This document shows positions 1 through 9,443 of a stretch of 64,000 bases of DNA, piece by piece. The notes under the pieces were generated by a model. The model worked only from the letters and a program-made list of their open reading frames with translations. It searched no databases and was not told the origin of the DNA. Within the stretch, counting starts at the first letter, position 1. Every line of letters begins with the position of its first letter. The stretch is taken from contig CAYZJA010000002.1 in NCBI GenBank assembly GCA_964479005.1, forward strand, positions 96,001 to 160,000, read 5' to 3'. The position numbers were made by a program, and so were the translations under genes. This DNA comes from an uncultured Candidatus Saccharibacteria bacterium (GTDB lineage: Bacteria > Patescibacteriota > Minisyncoccia > UBA6257).

Positions 1-2
1 TA

Positions 3-644
3 ATGTTTGGAATTTATTGCACAGGAAAGATTCCTTTTAAGGCTGTATATTTGCATGGATTAGTAAGGGATAAAGATCGCCAAAAAATGTCTAAATCCAA
101 AGGTAATGTAATTGACCCTTTGGCAATTGCTAAAATTTATGGAACAGACGCTGTAAGGATGGCTTTAATAATTGGCAATACTGCTGGCAGCGATATTATT
201 ATTTCCGAAGAAAAAATCAAGGGATATCGTAATTTTGCAAATAAAATTTGGAATGCATCCCGCTTTGTTTTGATGAATTTAAAAAATTTTGATGGGAAAA
301 AATCTGCTTTAACTACGCAAGACAAGAAGCTTTTAAAAAATTTGGAAATTATAAAGAAAAAAATGACTCACCATTTGGATAATTTTCATTTTTCTTTGGC
401 AGGAGAATTAATTTATCATTATTTTTGGCATACTTTTGCTGACAAGATAATTGAAGAGATGAAAAATAGAATTAAAGATAATAAAGATAAAAAACAGGCA
501 CAGTATGTACTTTACAAGATTCTTATTGATTGTTTGAAGATGCTTCATCCATTTATGCCATTTGTGACAGAAGAAATATGGCAGAAAATCCCTCGATATA
601 AGGACAAAAGAGCAGATTTATTAATAATAGAAAAATGGCTTTAA
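3..644 (+). CDS. valS: Valyl-tRNA synthetase, C-terminal fragment (5' end lies outside the window)
   Basis: KMSKSKGNVIDP (class I KMSKS motif) followed by GYRNFANKIWNASRFVLMN, which closely matches the ValRS anticodon-binding region. Confidence 0.85.
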   Translation: MFGIYCTGKIPFKAVYLHGLVRDKDRQKMSKSKGNVIDPLAIAKIYGTDAVRMALIIGNTAGSDIIISEEKIKGYRNFANKIWNASRFVLMNLKNFDGKKSALTTQDKKLLKNLEIIKKKMTHHLDNFHFSLAGELIYHYFWHTFADKIIEEMKNRIKDNKDKKQAQYVLYKILIDCLKMLHPFMPFVTEEIWQKIPRYKDKRADLLIIEKWL

Positions 645-1354
645 CGCTTATTTTAGCTAGTTTATGCGGTATTTTACCAATAGTCTTATGGTTAATATTT
701 TTTCTTTGGCAGGATATTAAAAAACCAGAACCTTTGCGATGGATAGGTATTCTTTTTTTATTAGGAATGGCTATTACGCCTTTTGTCTGGTTTTTGGAGA
801 ATTATTTTATTGATTTGTTACAAATTGATATTAATGTTGCGCTTCCTTTTTTTGTTTCCGCTTTTGTTTATTTAGTCGTAGCAGGAATAGAAGAATTGGC
901 TAAATTTTTTAGCGCCGCTTTACTTTTAAGGAAAAACAAATATTTTGATGAGGCTATAGACGCGATGATTTATTTGATTGTTTTAGGATTAGGATTTGGA
1001 GTGGTAGAAAATATTTTGATTTCTTATCAGGAAATTTCTTCTGGAGGACATTTTTTATCAACTTTTCAAATAACAACCTTGCGTTTTATTGGGGCTAATC
1101 TTCTTCATGCCTTAAGTTGCGGATTAATAGGTTTTTTCTGGGCTTTAAAATTAGTTACTGGGAAAAAGAGATATTTAGGCATTGGTTTAACATTAGGAAT
1201 TTTATTGCACTGGGTCTTTAATATTGCTATTATAAATTTAGGTGGCGACGCAGTATTTTTAATAAGTTTAATTTTGTTTCTTGTTGGAGTCGTCGTTCTT
1301 TGGGCATTTGATGTTCTTAAACAAATTAAAAAACCAATAGCAATTAAAAAATAA
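635..1354 (+). CDS. PrsW-family intramembrane metalloprotease-like membrane protein
   Basis: Polytopic membrane protein with EELAK (ExxxK), F..NLLHAL and LLHWVFN (HxxxN) motifs that resemble the PrsW signature. Confidence 0.5.
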   Translation: MALTLILASLCGILPIVLWLIFFLWQDIKKPEPLRWIGILFLLGMAITPFVWFLENYFIDLLQIDINVALPFFVSAFVYLVVAGIEELAKFFSAALLLRKNKYFDEAIDAMIYLIVLGLGFGVVENILISYQEISSGGHFLSTFQITTLRFIGANLLHALSCGLIGFFWALKLVTGKKRYLGIGLTLGILLHWVFNIAIINLGGDAVFLISLILFLVGVVVLWAFDVLKQIKKPIAIKK

Positions 1355-1386
1355 CAACTAACAAATAACAAATAATAAATAATAAG

Positions 1387-1779
1387 ATGGTAGAAAAAAC
1401 AAAGTCAGAAGATGTTAAAAATACTAATCCATGGCCATCATCAGAAGAAGAAGGGGAATTGGCAGTTGATCTTTGCGAAAATAAAGATGAACTAATTCTT
1501 CAGGCGGTAATCGGTGGAGTAGTAATAAGCGACTTAGATATTTCAATTACTAATGATATGATTACTATTCGAGCTGAAAGAAATAGAGAAAATAAAGATA
1601 AAATTGAAAAAGTTTATTATGACGAATGTTTTTGGGGTCCGTTTTCCCGTTCTTTAATTCTTCCCCAGGAAATAAATGCGGATAAAGCAAAGGCAACAAT
1701 CAAAAATGGCATGCTAACTATTCATTTGCCTAAACTAATGAAAACTAAAAGAAAAACTTTAAAGATTGAAGAAGAATAA
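1387..1779 (+). CDS. Hsp20/alpha-crystallin small heat-shock protein
   Basis: 130 aa with an alpha-crystallin domain pattern (ITIRAERN...GPFSRSLILP...ATIKNGMLTIHLPK). Confidence 0.8.
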   Translation: MVEKTKSEDVKNTNPWPSSEEEGELAVDLCENKDELILQAVIGGVVISDLDISITNDMITIRAERNRENKDKIEKVYYDECFWGPFSRSLILPQEINADKAKATIKNGMLTIHLPKLMKTKRKTLKIEEE

Positions 1780-1813
1780 TAGTGAGTAGATTATTGCCGC
1801 GGTGGCGGAATTT

Positions 1814-1898
1814 GCGGACGTGGTGAAATTGGAAAACACATAGGACCTAGAATCCTATGCCGAAAGGCTTGTGGGTTCGAGTCCCACCGTCCGCACCA
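1814..1898 (+). tRNA. tRNA-Leu (anticodon UAG), type II with long variable arm, CCA encoded
   Basis: Cloverleaf read by hand: acceptor GCGGACG/CGTCCGC, anticodon stem TAGGA/TCCTA, loop CCTAGAA, T-loop GGTTCGAGTCC, discriminator A. Position 33 appears to be C. Confidence 0.8.
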
Positions 1899-1912
1899 GT
1901 TCAATAAAATTA

Positions 1913-1937
1913 AAAACCCCGTTTTAACGGGGTTTTT
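1913..1937. terminator. Rho-independent terminator hairpin (CCCCGTTTTAACGGGG + T-run), bidirectional between convergent genes
   Basis: Perfect GC-rich stem flanked by an A-run and a T-run, lying between the tRNA-Leu gene and the convergent pilin-like gene. Confidence 0.6.
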
Positions 1938-1970
1938 AAATGATAGCCGAAAAATTACCAAACAATTTTT

Positions 1971-2312
1971 TTAAAAGGTAACTGTTTTTCCGAGAAATGT
2001 ACCTACTACATACATTAATCCTTTAGCTAATAATGCTACACCTATACCTATTAAAGCATGTACAAGACCACTTAATGCTTTTTTTGCTTTTTCGTCATCT
2101 CCTGCAGCAGTGATATAGAGCCACCCTGAATAGACAATGTAAAGTGCTGCTATAAAGAGCACAATATTAAAAAACCACTGTACAGTTTTTTCTAGAAGAG
2201 TCCAAATGTCAACTCCGGTTGCTGATGGAAGATCTTGTACAGTATAGGCGCCAAAAACAGGGATAGCTATCAACATTGTCATGGCTAAAATAGGCAAAAT
2301 AATTTTTTTCAT
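1971..2312 (-). CDS. TrbC/VirB2-like 'T4SS pilin' family small membrane protein (paralog 1)
   Basis: 113 aa: signal peptide, then two hydrophobic helices around a conserved Y..G.LYITAAGDDEKAKKA core, shared with the two neighbouring genes. Resembles the CPR T4SS-pilin family (Pfam PF18895-like) from memory only. Confidence 0.5.
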   Translation of the reverse strand: MKKIILPILAMTMLIAIPVFGAYTVQDLPSATGVDIWTLLEKTVQWFFNIVLFIAALYIVYSGWLYITAAGDDEKAKKALSGLVHALIGIGVALLAKGLMYVVGTFLGKTVTF

Positions 2313-2361
2313 TTTTTTATTTGATTAAAATTAGTTTCATATTCGACCTTTTTTCTTTAAT

Positions 2362-2470
2362 GTAAATTATAACAACCTTTCGCTAAAACTCAAGAACGTT
2401 GAATTAAAACTAGTAAGTTTTAATATTAACAACCTTTCGCTAAAACTCAAGAACGTTTCAATCAAAATGT
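2362..2470. repeat. Two tandem copies of a dispersed intergenic repeat (family A: ATAACAACCTTTCGCTAAAACTCAAGAACGTT...)
   Basis: Direct repeat of about 45 bp seen twice here. Reverse-complement relatives are at 14243-14300 and 45618-45676. Confidence 0.6.
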
Positions 2471-2588
2471 ATCATTTCAATTATTTAATATATATTGAAA
2501 TATATATTAAAATTAAAATAAAAGTATTTTAATTATAGCAAATTGCAATCGTGATATCAACATAAATTTTAATTTTCAAAAGGAGAAT

Positions 2589-3092
2589 TTATATTTGAAT
2601 AGACTCAGGAAGTTCATTATCTATTTCTTCTATTTCTTCAGATTCTCCAAAAATAAATTCTTCAATAATAGTGGGCACGCTGCTGGCTATTAGAACAACG
2701 CCAAATCCTATTAAAGCCCAGATAAGAGCCTTTTGCGCAGTTTTTACTTTGTCTTCATTTCCAGCAGAAGTGATATATAAATATCCCGCATAAACTACTA
2801 AGATTGCAGTGATTGGAATAGCCAATCTAATTAAGAAATTAATGATATTTTTTATTAAAGAGGTAATATCACCTGTTTCTCCATATGGGTTGATATATAA
2901 ACCAGTAGACGTTGGACTACTATCATTGGTAGAACCAACTTCTTCTTCGGTGTTTCCGATTTCCACATCAATAGGAATCTCTGCCTGACTTTGTATTGGG
3001 CTTAAAAATAAGCTTAACAATACTAAATTAATAATTAGAATAGTTAATAAGACGATATTTATTTTTGTAGAATTTTTTGACATTGATTTCAT
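2589..3092 (-). CDS. TrbC/VirB2-like 'T4SS pilin' family membrane protein (paralog 2)
   Basis: 167 aa: signal peptide, then a YAGYLYITSAGNEDKVKTAQKALIWALIGFGVVL core homologous to paralog 1, with an acidic C-terminal tail. Confidence 0.5.
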   Translation of the reverse strand: MKSMSKNSTKINIVLLTILIINLVLLSLFLSPIQSQAEIPIDVEIGNTEEEVGSTNDSSPTSTGLYINPYGETGDITSLIKNIINFLIRLAIPITAILVVYAGYLYITSAGNEDKVKTAQKALIWALIGFGVVLIASSVPTIIEEFIFGESEEIEEIDNELPESIQI

Positions 3093-3098
3093 AATTGG

Positions 3099-4412
3099 TT
3101 AATTATTATTAAACTCACATTTTCCTCCTGGTCCAAAAGTGTTTGTGAATTCACAGTCTCCAAGAGAAATACATTCGTCTTTATCGCAAACATTAAACAA
3201 ACCTATTCCACAGTTTTCACATTTAGATTCTAGTTCTATTTCTGGTTCTGTCTCTGGTTCTACTGGGCTGACGGGTGTTTCATCGTCTTCTGAGATACAA
3301 TAAGCAAAAGATTTACCTTCTGGGCTTGGGCTATTAATATTGCTTTTTCCAAAATCACAATGCCATCCATTCCCATAAATTTCTCCTGGCGGATTGAGTA
3401 ATTTACTTGGTTCTACGGCAAGACAGAAACCATCTTTTATCTTTTTTTCTATTCCACACTCAGCTGCTCCAGAAGCTTGATTACAGTTCTGATCCCACTC
3501 AGGGCACATAATTGGATATTCAATCCATTCTCCATCTAAATCGGGATATTTTTCTTCTATTTCATCTTTCTTCTCATTAATTTGTTCTTCAGGAGGAGTA
3601 TAATCAGGATCAATAATACAATCAATATATAAAGTGCCTGTTGGAGGGTAGCAAGGATTAATCTCTGAGCCAGTAGGGCTAGTATCTCCTACAAATTTAC
3701 AATATCGTCCTTTTCCATTGCTTATTATTTTATCTTCGGTTGTAATTGAATGTTCTCCTGGTTTGCATTTACTTCTATCTAATTTAAATCCATCTGCGCA
3801 TTCACGGGAGATTGTTATAGGTAAACACATTTGATTTGAATCACTAATAGTGTATTGTACAGCATTTTCCCATTCTTCTTCCTCATCAACTTCATCAACA
3901 TCCTCCTCATCAGGAATTACGTCTTCTTCTCCTTCGCTGGGAGTTGTACCGTCTTCAGGCAGATCAAGTATAGAGCCAGGTTCAGGGCATTCTATATGAA
4001 ACCAAGTTCCTGTATAATCATCACCACCCATTTGTTTGATTGTCCAAAATACAGTATTAACAATTATCCAAGCAGTCAAAATAATAATTAATCCTATAAT
4101 AGCATTTGTTATAATTTGTTGTCCAGCCTTAAGATTTTCTTCCTTACCAAGAGAGAATATCCAGCGAAATCCTCCATAGACAATAAATCCAATTATGATA
4201 AGAAAAGCCATTTCTAAGGCAAATTCTAAAACATTTTGCGTTAAGACCAATAAATCACAAGTAGTACAAGCCTGCTCACCAGGACCTCCACACGGAACCA
4301 ACCCAGCAGCGCTTGTTAAAGAAGGTGTAAAAAGCAGGAGAGTCAGGAGAGAAAAAACAATTAATTTATTATTTAATTTTGTATGTTTTATGTTCCGCGT
4401 TCCACGTTTCAT
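3099..4412 (-). CDS. Pilin-like N-terminal domain fused to a ~300-aa Cys-rich, acidic extracellular domain (paralog 3)
   Basis: N-terminal 130 aa (VYGGFRWIFSLGKEENLKAGQQ...) is homologous to the two upstream pilin-like genes. The C-terminal region has about 26 Cys and DEEDVDEVDEEEE acidic tracts. Confidence 0.5.
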   Translation of the reverse strand: MKRGTRNIKHTKLNNKLIVFSLLTLLLFTPSLTSAAGLVPCGGPGEQACTTCDLLVLTQNVLEFALEMAFLIIIGFIVYGGFRWIFSLGKEENLKAGQQIITNAIIGLIIILTAWIIVNTVFWTIKQMGGDDYTGTWFHIECPEPGSILDLPEDGTTPSEGEEDVIPDEEDVDEVDEEEEWENAVQYTISDSNQMCLPITISRECADGFKLDRSKCKPGEHSITTEDKIISNGKGRYCKFVGDTSPTGSEINPCYPPTGTLYIDCIIDPDYTPPEEQINEKKDEIEEKYPDLDGEWIEYPIMCPEWDQNCNQASGAAECGIEKKIKDGFCLAVEPSKLLNPPGEIYGNGWHCDFGKSNINSPSPEGKSFAYCISEDDETPVSPVEPETEPEIELESKCENCGIGLFNVCDKDECISLGDCEFTNTFGPGGKCEFNNN

Positions 4413-4428
4413 GTTTCACGTTTTATGT

Positions 4429-5742
4429 TTATTGTTTTTTATTCCAAAAAAGATTAATTCTATCAGATGCGGTGATTATTGCTTGAATCGGGGATTTGCC
4501 TTTATGAGTAACATCTTCTATCATTTCTTTAAATATTTGATTAATTTCCTGAAAATTATATTGATGCCAATTTTGGCTTGTTAGAATTTGTCTTGTGAAT
4601 ATTCCACTAGCAGGTTCATTAACATAATTTTGAATTAAGTCTAATCTGGCAGGGGGGTTTTTTGTTTGAAGATAATAGAATTTAGCGGTATTCTGTTGCG
4701 CAAGAAATTTTAAAAACGTCCAACATACTTCAGGGGATTTTGAATTTTGAGAAACCACTAAACTCATTGTATCCCCATAATTTATCTTGTTGGAAGAATT
4801 GGCAGTAAATTGTGGCAGAGAAGCAATACCATAATTAAGATTAGGATTGTACTCTCTTATAATCTTTTGGGCTTGATTATATCCAATTAACATAGCAGTT
4901 TCCCCTTTACTAAAAGCAATTACCGAATCAGTAAAGTTATCATTCCAAGTATAGTAACGGGAACGAGAGTCACTAAATTGAGTATAAAATTTTAATGCTT
5001 CTTCGCAAGGCAAAATTTTTTTGCCATTGATCAATGAATCATATCTAAAAGTTGTTTGTTTTTTATCTATATCAACAATATTACCGCCATATTGCATTAT
5101 TAAAGCCGATATAATATCAAAATTCCATCGAACATTATAAGGAGATCCCAATGCGATTGCTGCTCGTGTAATCTGTCCTTGATTATTAATTCTGCGCAAA
5201 CGGGAAATTAAATTAAGAACTTCTTCCCATGTGGCAGGGGGGAGAGCAATATTATAATAGTTTAAAATATCCTGATTATAATAAAGGGCTAAACTATCAA
5301 CATATAAAGGAACACCAAGCAAATAGTCACCTTTTACCAATTCATTTTTTGCTATTTGAGGATAGGTTTGGTCTAAATCAAATAAGTTTAAATCTTTATC
5401 CTTTTTTAAGTCCAAATGGGAAATTTTATTTTGATAGTAAGGAAGATTGCTATTCCAAAGCATAAAGATATCTGGAGCTTGATTATCACTAAAAGCTTTT
5501 AGGAGATTTTCATGATAAGTGTCTTCGTCTTTTAATGTATAATTAATACGAGTGTAAGGATATTTCTTTTGAAAATTATCAATTATCGGTAAAAATGTTT
5601 TAGAATCATCCAATATCCCCCAAATTTCTAAACTAACAGGTGTTGGTCTGGTTCTCTGAAATCTTATTCCTAAAAAAATAATAGAAATAATAATTAAACC
5701 GGCGACTAATAGAATCTTTTTTTGGCGTGAAGTTAATGTCAT
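4429..5742 (-). CDS. Extracellular solute-binding protein (ABC transporter SBP, family 1-like), membrane-anchored
   Basis: N-terminal TM anchor plus typical periplasmic sugar-binding-protein sequence character. No cognate permease or ATPase is adjacent. Confidence 0.55.
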   Translation of the reverse strand: MTLTSRQKKILLVAGLIIISIIFLGIRFQRTRPTPVSLEIWGILDDSKTFLPIIDNFQKKYPYTRINYTLKDEDTYHENLLKAFSDNQAPDIFMLWNSNLPYYQNKISHLDLKKDKDLNLFDLDQTYPQIAKNELVKGDYLLGVPLYVDSLALYYNQDILNYYNIALPPATWEEVLNLISRLRRINNQGQITRAAIALGSPYNVRWNFDIISALIMQYGGNIVDIDKKQTTFRYDSLINGKKILPCEEALKFYTQFSDSRSRYYTWNDNFTDSVIAFSKGETAMLIGYNQAQKIIREYNPNLNYGIASLPQFTANSSNKINYGDTMSLVVSQNSKSPEVCWTFLKFLAQQNTAKFYYLQTKNPPARLDLIQNYVNEPASGIFTRQILTSQNWHQYNFQEINQIFKEMIEDVTHKGKSPIQAIITASDRINLFWNKKQ

Positions 5743-6278
5743 TTATCTACTAATTTTGTTAGAAATCCATAGTGAGTTAATCCTAAAGATAACTCTCTTT
5801 CTACTCGAAAACCAGATTTTTCCAGTAAATCAACGCTTTCGTCTTTGCTAATTGGATAAAGTTTTTTTTGCGAAGGTAATTTATCAGGATACCATTCTAT
5901 AAGGACTAAATAACCTTCCAATCTCAATACTCTTTTTGCCTCTTGAATTAAACTTTCTTTTTTCTCAATTTCAAAAAGGATATTGGATATTAAAACCAAG
6001 TCGCAAGAATCATTTGGCAAGTTGCTTCCCCGTGTATCTTCTAAATTTGCCCAACGGGGCTCTATAATATTAAAAAGCCCTTCTAATTTAGAACGGAATT
6101 CCAAAGCTTCTAATGAAGGCTTCCAGATGTCGAGAGCTATTACTCTCCCAGAAGGTTTTAAGCACTTAGCTATTGCTAAGCTAAAATATCCTGCGCCGCT
6201 GCCAAAATCAGCAACAGTCATCCCTTCTTTTAAAGGAAGGGTTTTAACTATTTCATCTGGATTAAGAAAAGAAGTCAT
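5739..6278 (-). CDS. Class I SAM-dependent methyltransferase
   Basis: VADFGSGAGYF glycine-rich SAM-binding motif in a 179-aa protein. Confidence 0.65.
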   Translation of the reverse strand: MTSFLNPDEIVKTLPLKEGMTVADFGSGAGYFSLAIAKCLKPSGRVIALDIWKPSLEALEFRSKLEGLFNIIEPRWANLEDTRGSNLPNDSCDLVLISNILFEIEKKESLIQEAKRVLRLEGYLVLIEWYPDKLPSQKKLYPISKDESVDLLEKSGFRVERELSLGLTHYGFLTKLVDK

Positions 6279-6303
6279 AATATTTATATTATATCAAATT
6301 CTT

Positions 6304-8787
6304 TCACAATAGAGTAATTGCAGCAATTTTATCTCCTTGATCTAATCTCATAATTCTTACTCCTTGGGTTGAACGTCTTAAAATAGATATGCCGTTAAGA
6401 GGCGCTTTGAGGATTTGTCCTTTTTGGGAAACAGCAATTAAAGATTCTTCGCCTTCCACTAAACAGGATTTTATAAGATCCCCTGTTTTTGCTGTGATTT
6501 TCATTGTTTTTATTCCATGCCCTCCCCTTTTTTGTTTTCGATATTCTTTTAGGTTTGTTCTTTTTCCAAATCCATTCTCACTAATTACAAGAATTTGTTT
6601 TTTTGTTTTTTCTTCTTTAGTTTTGATAACAATTAAACTAATTACATTGTCGTTAATAGAAAGTTTTATTCCTATGACTCCGCTTGCTGAACGGCCGATT
6701 GCTCTGGCATCTTTTTCAGAAAAACGTATAGACTGGCCTTTATTAGTAGCTAAAATTATTTCGTCATTCTTATTACATAAAGCAGCGCCGATAAGCCTGT
6801 CATTTTTCATAAGTTTTAGGGCTATAATTCCTCCTTTGCGGATATTGTCATATTCTTTAAGCAAGCTTTTTTTAATGACACCTTTTTCCGTAGCCATTAA
6901 TAAGTAAGTGGAAGTAATTTCTGCTTGCTTTGAAGGATAATTTAACAAAACAATAATCTTTTCTTCAGGATTGAGATTTAGATAATTCTGAATAGTTTTT
7001 CCACGCGATGTACGGGAGGTTTCTGTAATTTCAAAAGCGCGCAATTTAAAAAGACGTCCTCGGTCAGTGAAGAACAAAATTGCATCCCTTGTATTACAAG
7101 AAACAAGATGGGTTAAAATATCTTCTTCATTTTTTGCTTCGTAAGCTGTAACTCCTTTTCCTCCTCTTTTTTGTCCCCGTAAAACATTTGGATTAAATCG
7201 CTTCACATATCCATTTTGGGAAAAGGCAATTAATGTTTCCTGCGATGGAATAAGTTGTTCTTCAGTAATGGCTTCAGGCAGATATGCCCGTACTTCTGTT
7301 CGTCGTTCATCCCCATATTTTTCTTTTAGTTTTTTAATCTCTTCTTTAATAATATTAGAAATTCTTTTTGGCTCTTTCAAAATCAATGTATATTCTTTTA
7401 TTAATTTTTGTTTTTCTGCTAATTCTTCTTCTAGTTTTTTTCTTTCCAATTTAGCCAGATTTTGAAGCCTCATTTCCAAAATAGCATTTGCCTGAACCTC
7501 ACTAAAATGATATTTAGCTATAAGTTTTTTTTGCGCGTCTTCTTTGTTTTCAGATGCTTTTATTAATTTGATAATATTATCAATATGATCTAAAGCTTTT
7601 GAAAGCCCTTCTAATATATGCCCTCTTTCTCTTGCCTTTTTGAGCAAATATTCAATGCGTCGCTTAACAATGTCTTTCCGGTGTGTAACATATTCTTCCA
7701 GGATGTCTTTTACTGAGAGAACTTGAGGCTGCAATCCGTTTTCTGTCAGAGCCAGCATATTTAAATGAAAATTCTTTTCTAGAGACGTAAATTTAAATAA
7801 TTGATTGAGAATTCTTTTTGGGATTACATTGCTTTTTAGTTCAATAACAACTCTGAGCCCTTCTTTATCAGATTCATCTCTAAGGTCTTTTATTCCTTCA
7901 ATTCTTTTTTCTTCCACCAAATGAGCGATATGAGTTATTAACTCAGCTTTATTTACTTGGTATGGGATTTCTGTAACAATTATCTTTTTTATTTTATCTT
8001 CTATGACTTCTGTTCTGGCTCGACAGATTATTTTGCCCTTTCCATTTGCATAAGCCTCCAAGATATTTTGTTTTCCAAAAATAATTCCTCCAGTTGGAAA
8101 ATCAGGGCCCTTAATAAAATTCATCAAATTTTCAACCGAAGCGTGTGAATGGTCTATTAAATATATGAGAGCATCTGCTACTTCTTTTAAGTTATGAGGA
8201 AGAATGTTTGTTGCCATTCCTACGGCAATACCCATAGTTCCATTTAGGATAAGCTGTGGTAATTTTGCTGGTAAATATTTAGGTTCTGTTCTTGTACCAT
8301 CATAATTAGATATAAAGTCTACGGTTTCTTTTTCTAAATCTTCTAACAATTCCTCGGCTAAAGGAGTTAATTTCACTTCAGTATATCTCATAGCAGCTGG
8401 AGGATCTCCATCAACGCTACCAAAATTTCCCTGCCCTTTGACTAAGGGATAACGCAATGAAAAATCTTGAGCCATTCTTACTAAGGCGTCATAAACAGCA
8501 ATGTCGCTATGCGGATGGTATTTTGCCAAGGTGTCTCCTACTACCGCAGCTGATTTTCTAGATTTTGAACCAGAACTTAAACCTAATTCATGCATAGCAA
8601 AAAGAATTCGTCTTTGCACTGGTTTAAGGCCATCTCTTACATCAGGTAATGCTCTGGAAATGATAATAGACATAGCATAATCCAAATAGGACTCTCTAAG
8701 TTCTTCAGCTATGTCTCTTGGTTGAATTGATTGGGCTTTTTCTTTTTTTTCTTCCTTTTTCTTTTTCATAGAATTCATATAAATCAA
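6304..8787 (-). CDS. gyrA: DNA gyrase subunit A
   Basis: [28 protein letters not shown] and [20 protein letters not shown] motifs. 827 aa with C-terminal beta-pinwheel repeats. Confidence 0.95.
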   Translation of the reverse strand: MIYMNSMKKKKEEKKEKAQSIQPRDIAEELRESYLDYAMSIIISRALPDVRDGLKPVQRRILFAMHELGLSSGSKSRKSAAVVGDTLAKYHPHSDIAVYDALVRMAQDFSLRYPLVKGQGNFGSVDGDPPAAMRYTEVKLTPLAEELLEDLEKETVDFISNYDGTRTEPKYLPAKLPQLILNGTMGIAVGMATNILPHNLKEVADALIYLIDHSHASVENLMNFIKGPDFPTGGIIFGKQNILEAYANGKGKIICRARTEVIEDKIKKIIVTEIPYQVNKAELITHIAHLVEEKRIEGIKDLRDESDKEGLRVVIELKSNVIPKRILNQLFKFTSLEKNFHLNMLALTENGLQPQVLSVKDILEEYVTHRKDIVKRRIEYLLKKARERGHILEGLSKALDHIDNIIKLIKASENKEDAQKKLIAKYHFSEVQANAILEMRLQNLAKLERKKLEEELAEKQKLIKEYTLILKEPKRISNIIKEEIKKLKEKYGDERRTEVRAYLPEAITEEQLIPSQETLIAFSQNGYVKRFNPNVLRGQKRGGKGVTAYEAKNEEDILTHLVSCNTRDAILFFTDRGRLFKLRAFEITETSRTSRGKTIQNYLNLNPEEKIIVLLNYPSKQAEITSTYLLMATEKGVIKKSLLKEYDNIRKGGIIALKLMKNDRLIGAALCNKNDEIILATNKGQSIRFSEKDARAIGRSASGVIGIKLSINDNVISLIVIKTKEEKTKKQILVISENGFGKRTNLKEYRKQKRGGHGIKTMKITAKTGDLIKSCLVEGEESLIAVSQKGQILKAPLNGISILRRSTQGVRIMRLDQGDKIAAITLL

Positions 8788-8806
8788 CGAATTCCGAACC
8801 TAAAAT

Positions 8807-9415
8807 TTACTGTTTATTTAATACTATTAATTTTGTTTCTCCTGGTAAATTATTTTTTCTAATAACTAATTTATCTAAAACTTCCGTTTTTTTGCTTATG
8901 GCTTTAAGGAATTTATCAAGCGAGTCTAATTTAATTTTTAAATTAGGCAAAGCATAATGCATAGGAATAATTATTTTCGGTTCTATTTGATTAATTAGAG
9001 AAATTGCTTCTTCGTAATTTATAGTATCATGTCCTCCTATGGGAACAAGGAGAATATCAACATTCGCAACTTTCTCTAAGAGTTCTTCTTTTAAATTCTT
9101 TTTCTCCAAATTTCCTAAATGACAAAGCGTTACGCCTTCTGATTTTATAAGATAAATTGTATTGGATTTTTGCGTTATTCCTTCAATAAAAATTCCTTTT
9201 GTTTCTATTTCCCCGGACCCTTCAAGTGTTAAGGGATCGCCCATAATAACACTTTTATTATTGTGGTTTTCTTGTTGTTGAGTAATGAGAAGAATGTCGC
9301 ATTTAAATCGCGGAGGTTTTAAGCCAGTTGTTAATTTAGAATAAGGATCAATAGCAATAATTTTATTTTTGCTGTCAATGCGAAAATAGGAATGACCGAA
9401 CCATTGAATAATCAT
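8807..9415 (-). CDS. MBL-fold metal-dependent hydrolase (UPF0173-like)
   Basis: MIIQWFGHSYFRI... start and LVPIGGHDT motif typical of the small MBL hydrolase family. Confidence 0.65.
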   Translation of the reverse strand: MIIQWFGHSYFRIDSKNKIIAIDPYSKLTTGLKPPRFKCDILLITQQQENHNNKSVIMGDPLTLEGSGEIETKGIFIEGITQKSNTIYLIKSEGVTLCHLGNLEKKNLKEELLEKVANVDILLVPIGGHDTINYEEAISLINQIEPKIIIPMHYALPNLKIKLDSLDKFLKAISKKTEVLDKLVIRKNNLPGETKLIVLNKQ

Positions 9416-9443
9416 AATATTTTTATTTTAGCATAAATATAGC

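Noticed and set aside
2362-2470. Possible CRISPR array
   Set aside because: There are only two direct repeats with a 24-bp gap that is itself partly repeated, no regular repeat-spacer periodicity, and no cas genes. The same sequence recurs singly elsewhere, so it is a dispersed repeat rather than CRISPR.
4381-4430. Iterated CACGTTT / CATGTTT motifs
   Set aside because: They fall inside the coding 5' end of the 3099-4412 gene (MKRGTRNIKHTK...) and are explained by codon repetition, not a regulatory repeat.
6389-6907. 172-aa plus-strand ORF
   Set aside because: It is antisense to and fully inside gyrA. Similar antisense ORFs inside pnp (22082-22555), infB (17805-18218), ftsH (25395-25697) and others were likewise discarded.
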